Positions 1-8,984 of a DNA stretch of 64,000 nt are shown here, one piece after another. Position numbers and translations under genes: made by a program. Source of the stretch: a phage. The notes beneath the pieces are model-generated. The model was given only the letters and a program-made list of their open reading frames with translations. It had not been told where the DNA came from and searched no databases. The stretch is taken from sequence record PZ171035.1; one strand, 5' to 3'. Position 1 is the first letter of the stretch. Every line of letters begins with the position of its first letter.

Positions 1-86
1 CCACTACCCTACCCCACCTTACACGTTACACATGCTCCGCATGTTATGGACATGTCGTCCTATCATCAACTATTGGAGCTATCATC

Positions 87-410
87 ATGACTACTCAAGC
101 TACTGTACGTATGACCGCAGGAACTTTACTTGGTACTGTTAACTCAGCTGCTACTACTGTTGCAGATACATTCAGCACAGCAACTAAAGCTGTAGGTATG
201 CTTAATTCATATGTAAGTACTATGGCAGAGAAACAAGCCATCCGTACTAAATTAGAAATGCATACCTTTGTTAATAAACTGGCAGAGGAAACAGCTATGA
301 CTGAGACTCTGCGTAAGAAAAGTATTGAGGAATTCTGCAAAGATTCAGAGAACGCTCGTATCTATAACGCAGAATATTCCAAAGTAATTGACATCCTGAC
401 TAAAGACTAA
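87..410 (+). CDS. hypothetical early protein
   Basis: 107-aa ORF, first gene after a non-coding leader, followed by a hairpin + T-run terminator; no recognisable motif. Confidence 0.45.
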   Translation: MTTQATVRMTAGTLLGTVNSAATTVADTFSTATKAVGMLNSYVSTMAEKQAIRTKLEMHTFVNKLAEETAMTETLRKKSIEEFCKDSENARIYNAEYSKVIDILTKD

Positions 411-418
411 GTCATCAA

Positions 419-445
419 GGAGACTCTTCGGAGTCTCCTGTTTTG
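419..445 (+). terminator. intrinsic terminator
   Basis: GGAGACTC-TTCG-GAGTCTCC hairpin followed by TGTTTTG. Confidence 0.6.
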
Positions 446-498
446 AACATTAGATAGATAGTCAAAAGTAGATAGTTATCTACTTTAGGAGAAGTAAA

Positions 499-684
499 AT
501 GTCCCTGACAGAATGCAAATCAGATAGTCCTCAAGAAGCTCTAGAAAGATTTGAAGCTGCTGTAGATGCTGTAAGCAATTACCAATCAGACATACTTAAC
601 TATGGTGACTCAGACAAATCATTCGATGAAGTTTACTCAGAGTATAAATCTGCTAAGGCAGAATTACTTAAACGTTTGTCTTAA
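499..684 (+). CDS. hypothetical small acidic protein
   Basis: 61-aa ORF with GGAG-type RBS upstream (aggagaagtaaaATG). Confidence 0.4.
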   Translation: MSLTECKSDSPQEALERFEAAVDAVSNYQSDILNYGDSDKSFDEVYSEYKSAKAELLKRLS

Positions 685-839
685 AAACCAAGACCGCAGG
701 CGTTGTCTGCAAGACAGCGACGCTCCGCGTCTTATGGATGATGTAAATGCATCCACTAATCATTGAACTTTTATCCTTTTGTTTGGGTGTTCTCACCGAC
801 GAGTTCACCCGTAAATCACATAAATCTGGAGAGTACAAA

Positions 840-1220
840 ATGTCTATTCAAAAATTCACTTTCGGTCAATCTAACACTGCTGCTTCTACTGCTAAAGCTG
901 ATAAACCAAAAGCTCAGTTCTGGCTGAACATTGGTTATGTGGCTAATGAAGGCTCTGATGATGAGAAATTCATCTCACTGCCTACTGGTATTCCATTGGA
1001 TACTCAGGAACCGCTGCCTACTAACAGCAGCAATGCTGACTTCCGTGCTATGCGTTGTGCACAGAACGATTTGCTGGAACAGTTAATCGAATATGCTCAG
1101 AACCTGGAACCAGGTGAAGAGGGTATCATTAACCTGCAAGTTCAACTTCGTCGTGTGAAAGCAGAGGCTGCTGACATCCCAGCAGACGAGAATAAATATG
1201 CTCGTAAACTGACTTTCTAA
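840..1220 (+). CDS. hypothetical protein
   Basis: ORF track starts at 747, but the internal ATG at 840 is preceded by GGAGAG RBS; followed by a terminator hairpin. Confidence 0.45.
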   Translation: MSIQKFTFGQSNTAASTAKADKPKAQFWLNIGYVANEGSDDEKFISLPTGIPLDTQEPLPTNSSNADFRAMRCAQNDLLEQLIEYAQNLEPGEEGIINLQVQLRRVKAEAADIPADENKYARKLTF

Positions 1221-1229
1221 TCAACCAAT

Positions 1230-1258
1230 AGACTCCCTTCAGGGAGTCTTTTATTTTT
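1230..1258 (+). terminator. intrinsic terminator
   Basis: AGACTCCC-TTCA-GGGAGTCT hairpin followed by TTTATTTTT. Confidence 0.6.
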
Positions 1259-1363
1259 AACTAGACGATAAGCTATTTCTACTTTTTGAGTATCTTTAGA
1301 CGAAGGGTACTGAAACAGTAACCAGATAGATATAGATTTATATTAGATGAAGGAGTAACCATT

Positions 1364-1660
1364 ATGCGTACAATTTGTAACCGTTATAACTCACAGAAGT
1401 TGATTGAAATGTTACAACCTTGGGGTAGTAAGATGGCACTGAATGCACGTTGGCAGGTATCTGTAGAAGGTGCAAATGGTCAGTGTTATGACCACTTCTT
1501 TGTAGCTAAGCCTACTCGTAAACAAATCCGTAAACTCCATAAAGTACGTAAGCATTACTTACTAAGCAAATGCTACGAATGCGGAAAAAGGATAGAACTG
1601 GGTAAAGAATTTACCTGGGATGGCTTAAACTATGCACACACTGACTGCCTGAAAGGATAA
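1364..1660 (+). CDS. hypothetical protein with C-terminal CxxC...HxxC cluster
   Basis: 98-aa ORF, RBS aggagt upstream, Cys/His cluster CYECGKR...HTDC. Confidence 0.45.
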   Translation: MRTICNRYNSQKLIEMLQPWGSKMALNARWQVSVEGANGQCYDHFFVAKPTRKQIRKLHKVRKHYLLSKCYECGKRIELGKEFTWDGLNYAHTDCLKG

Positions 1661-1664
1661 GACT

Positions 1665-1883
1665 ATGTTGGACTTCATTGCGTTTGTAATACTCTGTTAT
1701 GTGCTGTATCGCCTGCGTGGTTACATTCTCAATGGAGCCAAGTGGGTAAGAACTAAGCTGGTACTTATCTGTAAGTTACCAGTTGTATTCGTTAAGTGTC
1801 TGTTTGCTTCCATAGTAGCTAAAGAAGTTCGTAAGCAACTCTGGGCTAAAGAAGCAGAAGAGTTTGCAAAGAGGAACCAGTGA
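1665..1883 (+). CDS. hypothetical small membrane protein
   Basis: 72-aa ORF with hydrophobic N-terminus, tightly packed after the upstream gene. Confidence 0.35.
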   Translation: MLDFIAFVILCYVLYRLRGYILNGAKWVRTKLVLICKLPVVFVKCLFASIVAKEVRKQLWAKEAEEFAKRNQ

Positions 1884-2045
1884 TATTCACTAACATTGAG
1901 GATGCCATTGAAGAATGTATCTTCCGTAGATATCACACTGGAGTACAGAAAAGACACTATGGTGTTGTACAGCTCAATGGCTATCAAATGGCTGTAAGAA
2001 TTGTACGTAACAATAAACCTTTTAACTTTATGTGGAGTACTAAAC

Positions 2046-2228
2046 ATGCGTAAGTCATTAATCATGGGAACCAGAGAAGATGTGTCACGTTTACGTAATC
2101 GTAATGCAGCAAGCAAACGGGCACTCAGCATGACCAATGAACAACTGAAAGAATTCATTGATTCAGGACTTAAGCAAAGTAAAGCTCGTATCGTAACCTT
2201 TAATCACCCTGCAATCTTAGGAGAATAA
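2046..2228 (+). CDS. hypothetical protein
   Basis: ORF 2001-2228; internal ATG at 2046 chosen; weak RBS. Confidence 0.3.
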   Translation: MRKSLIMGTREDVSRLRNRNAASKRALSMTNEQLKEFIDSGLKQSKARIVTFNHPAILGE

Positions 2229-2229
2229 A

Positions 2230-2445
2230 ATGTATTTCACTATCTTAATCACCTTAACCTACTTAAGCGTATGGCTTACCTCAGAAGCAGCTAATATCAC
2301 TAAAATGTTTCGTATTAAAGGAGATGTCAGGGGATTTGCTGTATTCGGGTATGTCACTGTACTAAGTAAGGGAGCCAGTGTTGGATATGTAATATGGTAC
2401 ATTTGGTACTGCTTCGGTGATTTACTTACGAATCTGTTCAAATGA
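2230..2445 (+). CDS. hypothetical small membrane protein
   Basis: 71-aa ORF, two hydrophobic segments, RBS aggagaa upstream. Confidence 0.35.
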   Translation: MYFTILITLTYLSVWLTSEAANITKMFRIKGDVRGFAVFGYVTVLSKGASVGYVIWYIWYCFGDLLTNLFK

Positions 2446-2505
2446 ACTGGCCTATCTCAATAATCATGCTTGCACTGTTAACCTATGGTGCATTAGTAGA
2501 ACTGG

Positions 2506-2538
2506 GAGTCCTCCATTAGGGGGACTTCTATTTTTTAT
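2506..2538 (+). terminator. intrinsic terminator (imperfect stem)
   Basis: GAGTCC...GGGACTTC hairpin followed by TATTTTTTATTT. Confidence 0.4.
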
Positions 2539-2565
2539 TTAGATAAATAGACTCAGGAGATAACC

Positions 2566-2784
2566 ATGCAACAAGAACATATCGAATCATTAGAGTATAT
2601 GTGCCGTATGTACGGTGTTTATGAAGTAGCTAAAACAATAAAGAATTATGCTAAGAAAACCAGTAAAGAGTATAAGAAAGCTGGTAATGAAGGTGCAATA
2701 ATCCACCAGGATGCTGAAATCTTAGATACTGCATGCAATGCAATGGCTATTGCCCATCCACTAAGGAGTAAAGATGTTAAATGA
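2566..2784 (+). CDS. hypothetical protein
   Basis: 72-aa ORF with RBS caggaga upstream. Confidence 0.4.
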   Translation: MQQEHIESLEYMCRMYGVYEVAKTIKNYAKKTSKEYKKAGNEGAIIHQDAEILDTACNAMAIAHPLRSKDVK

Positions 2785-3085
2785 AATTGTTTGTATACTT
2801 CCTCATTCAGCTAAGATAGCTGACCGGAATATACGTATACACTTACCATTCCCATTAAGCAATCCATTCACTCGTAATGAAAGAACCACAGTAGAAGATG
2901 TAGAGGTGGCATATGAGGCTTATCTTCGTAATCGTCTTATTAGTGGTGACAAGTTAATTACAGCAGAGATGGAAAGGATTGCATCCTTTGTAACAGATAG
3001 TACAGGTAAGCCTGTTGGCTTAATTGGTACTGAATCTGATGTTAACGTTATTCGTAAAATATTAATGGAGGCTTTAAGCCAATGA
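2774..3085 (+). CDS. hypothetical protein
   Basis: 103-aa ORF overlapping the upstream stop (coupled translation pattern). Confidence 0.4.
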   Translation: MLNEIVCILPHSAKIADRNIRIHLPFPLSNPFTRNERTTVEDVEVAYEAYLRNRLISGDKLITAEMERIASFVTDSTGKPVGLIGTESDVNVIRKILMEALSQ

Positions 3086-3303
3086 TGTACAGCACTAATT
3101 ATGGTATTTGCCCGATTTGCAATAAAGGAAGAGGAGTTGCTAATCATAAGAAGTGTAGTCGTATCCTACAGAAACGACGGAACCAGAAAGAATGGGATAA
3201 GATATTGGAAAATCAACACAAAGATGAGTTCAAGAAAACAGCTGTTAAAGCGTCTACTCAGCTCATTCGTCGTACTAACTTCATAGAAGGTTATCAGAAA
3301 TGA
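3082..3303 (+). CDS. hypothetical zinc-ribbon protein
   Basis: 73-aa ORF with CPIC...C motif, ATGA overlap with upstream gene. Confidence 0.4.
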   Translation: MMYSTNYGICPICNKGRGVANHKKCSRILQKRRNQKEWDKILENQHKDEFKKTAVKASTQLIRRTNFIEGYQK

Positions 3304-3554
3304 TTATTACTTATCCTACAGGCAAGAACGTGGAATATATGGGGCATACCATCCAAGTACCTCATTGGGTTAAGTACATAGCATTACTACCTCGTCAATA
3401 TAAGAGTGCTAATACCTCATTAATAGGATTCTCTAAGAAACCTAAGCTAACAGAAAACAATATCTGGGTATCCTATGGGAGACAAGAAGAGATTGGTTTC
3501 TGTGATTTGAGTATTGTCGATAATAACATCTATGGGACATTGAGAAAGGTATGA
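3300..3554 (+). CDS. hypothetical protein
   Basis: 84-aa ORF, overlapping start/stop with neighbours. Confidence 0.4.
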   Translation: MIITYPTGKNVEYMGHTIQVPHWVKYIALLPRQYKSANTSLIGFSKKPKLTENNIWVSYGRQEEIGFCDLSIVDNNIYGTLRKV

Positions 3555-3865
3555 AAACTATTCTAGTAGTTCATGACGCTACATTTACCGATGTAGATAA
3601 GATGATGCGTAATATTGATTATGTATCTCAGACAAGCCAAGCATTCAATGAAGAGTTTACTCTGTACTGTAATGCTGAATCTCCACTGGTTCCTATTCTT
3701 AAGGAATCAGGACTACCATTCTCTACAGAGAACTTCCCGGAAGAACCAGACTATGTAATTTCATTTATCTATGACTTACATGATGGTTCTGAAACTAGTG
3801 AATTAGCTATGAACCAGTGGCGTAGTAAACGTCCTGTATTCCCATTCCAGGTACTTAAACCATGA
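3551..3865 (+). CDS. hypothetical protein
   Basis: 104-aa ORF, overlapping start/stop with neighbours. Confidence 0.4.
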   Translation: MKTILVVHDATFTDVDKMMRNIDYVSQTSQAFNEEFTLYCNAESPLVPILKESGLPFSTENFPEEPDYVISFIYDLHDGSETSELAMNQWRSKRPVFPFQVLKP

Positions 3866-4242
3866 AGATTATGTCATTAGGTGACGATACCAATGCTTTA
3901 CTTGGTGTATCTGCACGTCCAATTATTATTGTTAATAAACATCGTGGTAAATCCGGTGAGTATATTGGACGTGGTTCACCGTTAGGCAATCCATTTGTCA
4001 TTGGTAAACATGGAACCAGAGAGCAAGTAATTGCTAAGTATAAAGTCTGGTTACAAGAACAGATTGATAAAGGTAATCCAGTTGTATTGGATGAACTTAA
4101 TCGTCTGGGTAATAAAGCCATTGATGAGAAAGGGCTAGCCTTACAATGCTTCTGTTATCCGAAACCGTGTCATGGTGAGGTTATTAAAGAGAAGCTAGTG
4201 AAAGCTATGTATAACTATTTTGTGGAGAATCCTAATGGATAA
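3862..4242 (+). CDS. DUF4326-family protein
   Basis: 126 aa; recalled DUF4326 signature IGRGSPLGNPF ... GTREQVI ... CYPKPCHGEV. Confidence 0.6.
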   Translation: MKIMSLGDDTNALLGVSARPIIIVNKHRGKSGEYIGRGSPLGNPFVIGKHGTREQVIAKYKVWLQEQIDKGNPVVLDELNRLGNKAIDEKGLALQCFCYPKPCHGEVIKEKLVKAMYNYFVENPNG

Positions 4243-4420
4243 GCAATGCAAATGTGGTAAAGGCCATGTATCCCAATGGGATGGTAAATGTGGTCATTGC
4301 CGAACCAAGAAAGAACAGCGTGACCATGAATATGCTCTTACTTACTTAGAAGTAACTCGTAAATACAACAATATGACCACACACGATGCTTATACTTACA
4401 ACAGAGAGGCATGTAAATGA
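4235..4420 (+). CDS. hypothetical Cys-rich small protein
   Basis: ORF 4220-4420; ATG at 4235 preceded by GGAGA; CKCGKGH...CGHC cluster. Confidence 0.35.
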   Translation: MDKQCKCGKGHVSQWDGKCGHCRTKKEQRDHEYALTYLEVTRKYNNMTTHDAYTYNREACK

Positions 4421-4797
4421 AAGAAATCTTAGTATTCGGAAGTAATTTAGCAGGCCGTCATGGTGCTGGTGCAGCAAAAGTTGCATATAAGAAGCATGGT
4501 GCTCGTTGGGGTATGGGCGTAGGCCATTATGGTTGCAGCTATGCAATCCCAACCAAAGACCAGAACATCAAATCTATGAAACTGGATGACATCAAAGTAT
4601 TCGTAGATGCTTTCATCCTATACGCAGCATCACACCCAGAGTGGGACTTTAAAGTAACACGCATTGGTTGTGGTTTAGCTGGATATAAGGATGAAGAAAT
4701 TGCTCCTATGTTTGCCAATGCTACAGGCAATGTCATGTTTGACGAAGCCTGGAAGCCTATTCTGGGAAATGATTATATCTACTGGGGAACCTTCTAA
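4417..4797 (+). CDS. macro-domain-like protein (TARG1/OARD1-type, putative ADP-ribose binding/hydrolase)
   Basis: 126 aa; glycine-rich motif FGSNLAGRHGAGAA and RIGCGLAGY resemble the two diphosphate-binding loops of TARG1-like macrodomains (recalled, not searched). Confidence 0.5.
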   Translation: MKEILVFGSNLAGRHGAGAAKVAYKKHGARWGMGVGHYGCSYAIPTKDQNIKSMKLDDIKVFVDAFILYAASHPEWDFKVTRIGCGLAGYKDEEIAPMFANATGNVMFDEAWKPILGNDYIYWGTF

Positions 4798-5057
4798 TGA
4801 CATATGAAGAACTATGGGCTGCTCAGGTCAGAGCCAGAGCACTCACACGGCATGACATCTATTGTGCATTACAGAACGAATTAAAGGGACGTACTAAGCT
4901 AGGTCACATATCAGGTTTCATTAAAATACCTATGCGTAGTCTAGTATGGCCTTATAAAGAAAAAAGTAATGAATTTAGCGGTAATGGTTTATATGTACGT
5001 ATCAACTACCTTGGTCAAGAGAACAATATTCGTATTGCCTTTTGGACTAAGCGTTAG
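4797..5057 (+). CDS. hypothetical protein
   Basis: 86-aa ORF, ATGA overlap with upstream gene, terminator hairpin downstream. Confidence 0.4.
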   Translation: MTYEELWAAQVRARALTRHDIYCALQNELKGRTKLGHISGFIKIPMRSLVWPYKEKSNEFSGNGLYVRINYLGQENNIRIAFWTKR

Positions 5058-5062
5058 GTAAT

Positions 5063-5084
5063 AGCTGCTCCGCAGCTTTTGGTT
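5063..5084 (+). terminator. intrinsic terminator
   Basis: AGCTGC-TCC-GCAGCT hairpin followed by TTTGGTT. Confidence 0.5.
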
Positions 5085-5110
5085 ATTAATAACATTTAGG
5101 AGAATATGCG

Positions 5111-5929
5111 ATGTACTCATCTATTGAACATCAGAAGCAGCTTGAAGTCCTTTTTAACAAAAACCAATTACTGCCTCGCATGAGGAAGGAATTCGAGGAC
5201 TCCAAAGAAATTGACTTTAAGGCATTCGCTGCCTATTTAGAAATTGATTATAAGCTGCTCATTGATGCAATGGTGCAGATTGCCCTACATAAACGTGCTG
5301 ACATCCAGACTATGATTGGCTCTCTCATGAGTCACTCAGATGATGCTCAGTACATCGCTGACTGTCTGTATAAGATGGCAGAGAATGACTGCTTCAACTA
5401 TGACCCTACCATCGACAAGTTCGGTGTTATCTATGAGATTAGTGAAGATGTTCAGATGGAACTGGAAGCATTCCAGTATCCATTACCAATCGTCAGTAAA
5501 CCTAAGCCTGTCCTGACTAACCGGGACACTGGTTACTATGAGTCTAAAGGCTCAATCATCCTCAAGAAGAACCATCATGAGATGGACGTCTGCCTTGACC
5601 ACATTAACCGCATGAACAACCAACGTCTCTGTATTAACTGGGACGTTGCTAACTATGTAAAAGACTCTCGTCCTAACATGGATAAACCCAAAGAGGGTGA
5701 AACCCGTCAGGATTATGAGAAACGTGTTAAAGCCTTTGAGAAGTACAGTCGTACTGCTAAGGAAGTAATGGAGTTAGTAACCAAAGAGGGCAATAACTTC
5801 TCGCTAGCGCATAAGTATGACAAGAGGGGCAGAACCTATGCCTGTGGATACCACATTAACTATGCGGGGACTTCATATAACAAGGCAGTGATTGAATTTG
5901 CAGATAAAGAACTAGTAAACGAGGATTAG
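5111..5929 (+). CDS. RNA polymerase II small subunit (N4 gp15-like, N-terminal part of a split T7-like RNAP)
   Basis: 272 aa, immediately upstream of the catalytic subunit; size and order match the N4 heterodimeric RNAP II; RBS aggagaa. Confidence 0.6.
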   Translation: MYSSIEHQKQLEVLFNKNQLLPRMRKEFEDSKEIDFKAFAAYLEIDYKLLIDAMVQIALHKRADIQTMIGSLMSHSDDAQYIADCLYKMAENDCFNYDPTIDKFGVIYEISEDVQMELEAFQYPLPIVSKPKPVLTNRDTGYYESKGSIILKKNHHEMDVCLDHINRMNNQRLCINWDVANYVKDSRPNMDKPKEGETRQDYEKRVKAFEKYSRTAKEVMELVTKEGNNFSLAHKYDKRGRTYACGYHINYAGTSYNKAVIEFADKELVNED

Positions 5930-5930
5930 T

Positions 5931-6512
5931 ATGAAGACATGTTCAGTATGTAAGAAGAACTTGCCTCTGGACATGTTCAATAAACAGTCCACTGGCAAAC
6001 AGGGTGTTAGGGCAGACTGTAAAGACTGCCTTAAACGCTTTATCCGTTCAAAACACGGAGTCATTAATCAGATGTACTCCGGTTGTATCAGTAGAACCAA
6101 GAAGAAGGGATTTACTTCCGTATCCTTCACTAGGGAGGAGCTAGAGAAATGGGTATATTCATGCAAAGAATTTCACACATTGTATGACAAGTGGGTATTG
6201 GAAGATTATCCAACTGCCTTGAAACCTAGCTTAGACAGACTGGATGATTACAAAGGTTATTCCCTGGATAACATTCGTATTGTTACAGCCAATACCAACG
6301 TAAAGAGGTACTACTCTGATGCAATCAACGGCATCAATACTAAATCAGCTAAGCCCGTTGAGCAGTACTCGCTAGATGGTGAATACATTAGGACATTCCA
6401 TTCACTTAGTGCTGCTGCACGAAGTGTTAATGGTATACCTTCTAATATTAATCAAGTAATTAATGGTACGTATGCGCAAGCATATGGCTATAAGTGGAAA
6501 CTAGGAGCCTAA
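5931..6512 (+). CDS. homing endonuclease-like protein (degenerate HNH-like core with NUMOD-like C-terminal DNA-binding motif)
   Basis: 193 aa; N-terminal CxxC...CxxC, LDRLDDYKGYSLDNIRIV HNH-like segment (His replaced by Arg), C-terminal ...SAAARSVNGIPSNINQVINGTYAQAYGYKWK typical of free-standing HEG DNA-binding tails. Confidence 0.5.
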   Translation: MKTCSVCKKNLPLDMFNKQSTGKQGVRADCKDCLKRFIRSKHGVINQMYSGCISRTKKKGFTSVSFTREELEKWVYSCKEFHTLYDKWVLEDYPTALKPSLDRLDDYKGYSLDNIRIVTANTNVKRYYSDAINGINTKSAKPVEQYSLDGEYIRTFHSLSAAARSVNGIPSNINQVINGTYAQAYGYKWKLGA

Positions 6513-6513
6513 G

Positions 6514-7731
6514 ATGCAGATTTTCACAGCTAAAGAATATTTAAAAATTGATATTGCCAATTCTTACGGGCTGGATAAGAAGACATGGGATGAACGTATT
6601 AGCTGGTTCGATGAGAACGAAGCTAACCTGCTTAATCTGGTAGATGAAGCAGAAGAATCCGCACTGTTCTATGCAGGTGTAAACGCATGGAAAGATATGA
6701 AAGCCGGTAAGCCTATCGGTTATGCCGTAGCTCTGGATGCTACATCATCAGGCTTACAGTTACTGGCTTGCCTGACTGGTGACCGTTCTGCTGCTGAACT
6801 GTGTAACGTAGTTAACTACATGGGCGAGAATGGTAAGCCATTACGTCGTGATGCTTATACAGTTATCTATCACAAGATGCTGGACATCCTTGGTGAAGCA
6901 TCACGTATTAAACGTAGTGACACTAAGCAAGCAGTTATGACTGCATTCTACGGTTCAGAAGCCAAACCTAAAGAAGTATTCGGTGAGGGTATCCGTCTCA
7001 AGACTTTTGAGAATGTAATGGAAACGGTTGCTAGTGGTCCTTGGGCATTGAACAAGTTCTTACTGCAATGTGGTAACCCGGATGCTAACCGTTACGTATG
7101 GGTACTGCCTGACAACTTCCATGCTGTCATTAAGGTCATGGTTCCAGAGGTACAGACTGTTAACTTCTTAGGAAAACCATTCGACATCACTCGTATGGTT
7201 CAGGGTACTGAAGAGAAGACTCGTATGCTCTCTGCTAATATCACTCACTCTATTGATGGGATGGTGGTACGTGAGATGCTGCGTCGTTGTAACTTCAACA
7301 TGAACCAGGTGAGCTATGTTAAGTCACTTTGTGAAGGAACCTGTGATTACATGGTAGGTACTAGTGAGAATTACGACATGGTTAGCCAACTGTGGCATAG
7401 CTATGAGAAATCAGGTTTCCTGTCTACCCGCATCTTTGATTATCTGGATTCCGACTCAGTTAAACTGGTTGATACAGATGTAGTGCTGGCTATGCTGAAC
7501 ACTCTGCCTAAGAAATCATTCCCTGTAATGACCGTACATGACTGCTTCCGTTGCCATCCTAACTATGGCAATGACCTGCGTCGTCAGTACAATCAGATTC
7601 TGTCTGACATTGCTAAGAGTGACCTACTGGGCTTCATTCTGTCTCAGGTACTGGGGCAAGAGTTCTCTGCTGGTAAGCTGGATGACAGCCTCTGGCAGGA
7701 CATTCTCGAAACAGACTATGCATTAAGTTAA
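6514..7731 (+). CDS. RNA polymerase II large/catalytic subunit (N4 gp16-like, T7-like single-subunit RNAP C-terminal part)
   Basis: 405 aa; T7 RNAP-like motifs ALDATSSGLQLLA (cf. DGSCSGIQH) and VHDCFRCHP (cf. HDSFG motif C). Confidence 0.8.
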   Translation: MQIFTAKEYLKIDIANSYGLDKKTWDERISWFDENEANLLNLVDEAEESALFYAGVNAWKDMKAGKPIGYAVALDATSSGLQLLACLTGDRSAAELCNVVNYMGENGKPLRRDAYTVIYHKMLDILGEASRIKRSDTKQAVMTAFYGSEAKPKEVFGEGIRLKTFENVMETVASGPWALNKFLLQCGNPDANRYVWVLPDNFHAVIKVMVPEVQTVNFLGKPFDITRMVQGTEEKTRMLSANITHSIDGMVVREMLRRCNFNMNQVSYVKSLCEGTCDYMVGTSENYDMVSQLWHSYEKSGFLSTRIFDYLDSDSVKLVDTDVVLAMLNTLPKKSFPVMTVHDCFRCHPNYGNDLRRQYNQILSDIAKSDLLGFILSQVLGQEFSAGKLDDSLWQDILETDYALS

Positions 7732-7761
7732 TAAACTAGCCTCATTCCTTCGGGAGTGAGG
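7729..7761 (+). terminator. intrinsic terminator after RNAP II operon
   Basis: GCCTCATTCC-TTCG-GGAGTGAGGC hairpin followed by CTATTTTTTG. Confidence 0.65.
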
Positions 7762-7971
7762 CCTATTTTTTGCTTGGAGGTAATAACTATGCTAATCCTT
7801 TTTGAAGTAATCTTTCAGCTAATACTGATAGTTTTATCTGTACTAGTTCTGACTACGATAGTCCGTGCCCACAAATCTAAGTTTGCTTATTACTACTACG
7901 GAGCATACTCACTAGGCTGCTTTGTAATAGCAGGATGGATAGCTTTTGCTATCTACTGTGTAAACAACTAA
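7756..7971 (+). CDS. hypothetical membrane protein
   Basis: 71 aa, two predicted TM helices, RBS ggagg upstream. Confidence 0.4.
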   Translation: MRPIFCLEVITMLILFEVIFQLILIVLSVLVLTTIVRAHKSKFAYYYYGAYSLGCFVIAGWIAFAIYCVNN

Positions 7972-7999
7972 CCCTCTTAACGGAGGGTTTATTTTTTTA
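7972..7999 (+). terminator. intrinsic terminator
   Basis: CCCTC-TTAAC-GGAGGG hairpin followed by TTTATTTTTTT. Confidence 0.6.
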
Positions 8000-8045
8000 T
8001 CTGTCATGTATACTAACTCTGCTATTTACTTATGAGGAAATTGAT

Positions 8046-8276
8046 ATGCCAACTTTAAAAGTAGGTTTTAACAAAACCACTAATGTTGCAACTGTACTGG
8101 ATGCCAGTGGCTCTATCCCAGGTGGTTCCGTAGAAGTAGGAACCTTTGTACATCCAGATGCCACTTATCCAGATAGCTTAGTTATTTTTCATGGTGTTCG
8201 TGACCTGCTGTATAAACGTTCTGCTAAAGACCCAAGTAAAGCAGGCTTCTGGCCTAACAACATCGTGGATATGTAG
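8046..8276 (+). CDS. hypothetical protein
   Basis: ORF 7935-8276; ATG at 8046 with aggaaa RBS, downstream of terminator at about 7972-7999. Confidence 0.35.
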   Translation: MPTLKVGFNKTTNVATVLDASGSIPGGSVEVGTFVHPDATYPDSLVIFHGVRDLLYKRSAKDPSKAGFWPNNIVDM

Positions 8277-8291
8277 TCTATCTCTATTGAT

Positions 8292-8879
8292 ATGAAAGCT
8301 ACTCCACGACTGACTATTGCTACCAAACTGTCTCGTGTAGTCTCTGCTATCGAAGGTGAAGACATTAACTGGCATGTTGATGTAGCAGGTGGTAAAGCAC
8401 CATTTACTTATAAATGGCAATTCAAAGCTAATACTGCTGGTGCAGCATTCGCTGATATTAGCTCCAGTACTAACCCATCTGCTGCTACTGCAACATTGAC
8501 CCTTAATAATGTAACAGCTGCTTCTGCTGGCACTTATAAGGTGATTGTTACTGATGCTAATGGAACCACTGTAGAAGATACGTCTTTGCTGGCTGTAGGC
8601 TACTACGAAGCAAGTTCACTGGTAGCTACTCCTGCTTCACTGGCTCTGTCTGTTGCTGCTGATACTACTGATGGCAAGAGCGTAACAATTGCTGCTATGC
8701 CTGTTGGTTCTTCTGCTGGTGCTTTATCTATCAAGACTGCTCCAGATTCTGCTCGTGCTACGGCTACCATTGCTGGTAATGTACTTACAGTTAAGCCAGT
8801 AGCTGCTGGTAATGCTACTTCTGTAGTAGTTACCAACGGTACGGTCGATGTAACCATCGCCATTACTGTTGCAGAATAA
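8292..8879 (+). CDS. Ig-like (Big-type) domain protein
   Basis: 195 aa, Thr/Ala/Val-rich beta-strand pattern ...FTYKWQFK...AGTYKVIVTDANGTTV... typical of bacterial Ig-like domains. Confidence 0.4.
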   Translation: MKATPRLTIATKLSRVVSAIEGEDINWHVDVAGGKAPFTYKWQFKANTAGAAFADISSSTNPSAATATLTLNNVTAASAGTYKVIVTDANGTTVEDTSLLAVGYYEASSLVATPASLALSVAADTTDGKSVTIAAMPVGSSAGALSIKTAPDSARATATIAGNVLTVKPVAAGNATSVVVTNGTVDVTIAITVAE

Positions 8880-8929
8880 GAGTATCCTTTGTTTGGGGTT
8901 ATAAACCCCAATATGAAACTCCCAAGTTT

Positions 8930-8960
8930 GACCTCCCCATCGAAGGGAGGTCTTTTTTTG
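8930..8960 (+). terminator. intrinsic terminator (GACCTCC-type family)
   Basis: GACCTCCC-CATCGAA-GGGAGGTC hairpin followed by TTTTTTTGGTTT. Confidence 0.65.
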
Positions 8961-8984
8961 GTTTAAACATCCTGGAGCCAGAAA

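Noticed and set aside
2774-3085. Second DUF4326 paralogue
   Set aside because: Only a short local resemblance (LPFPLSNPF...TTVEDV...Y..YL) to the DUF4326 protein at 3862; the CxxPxxCHG C-terminal signature is missing, so it is mentioned only as a hint.
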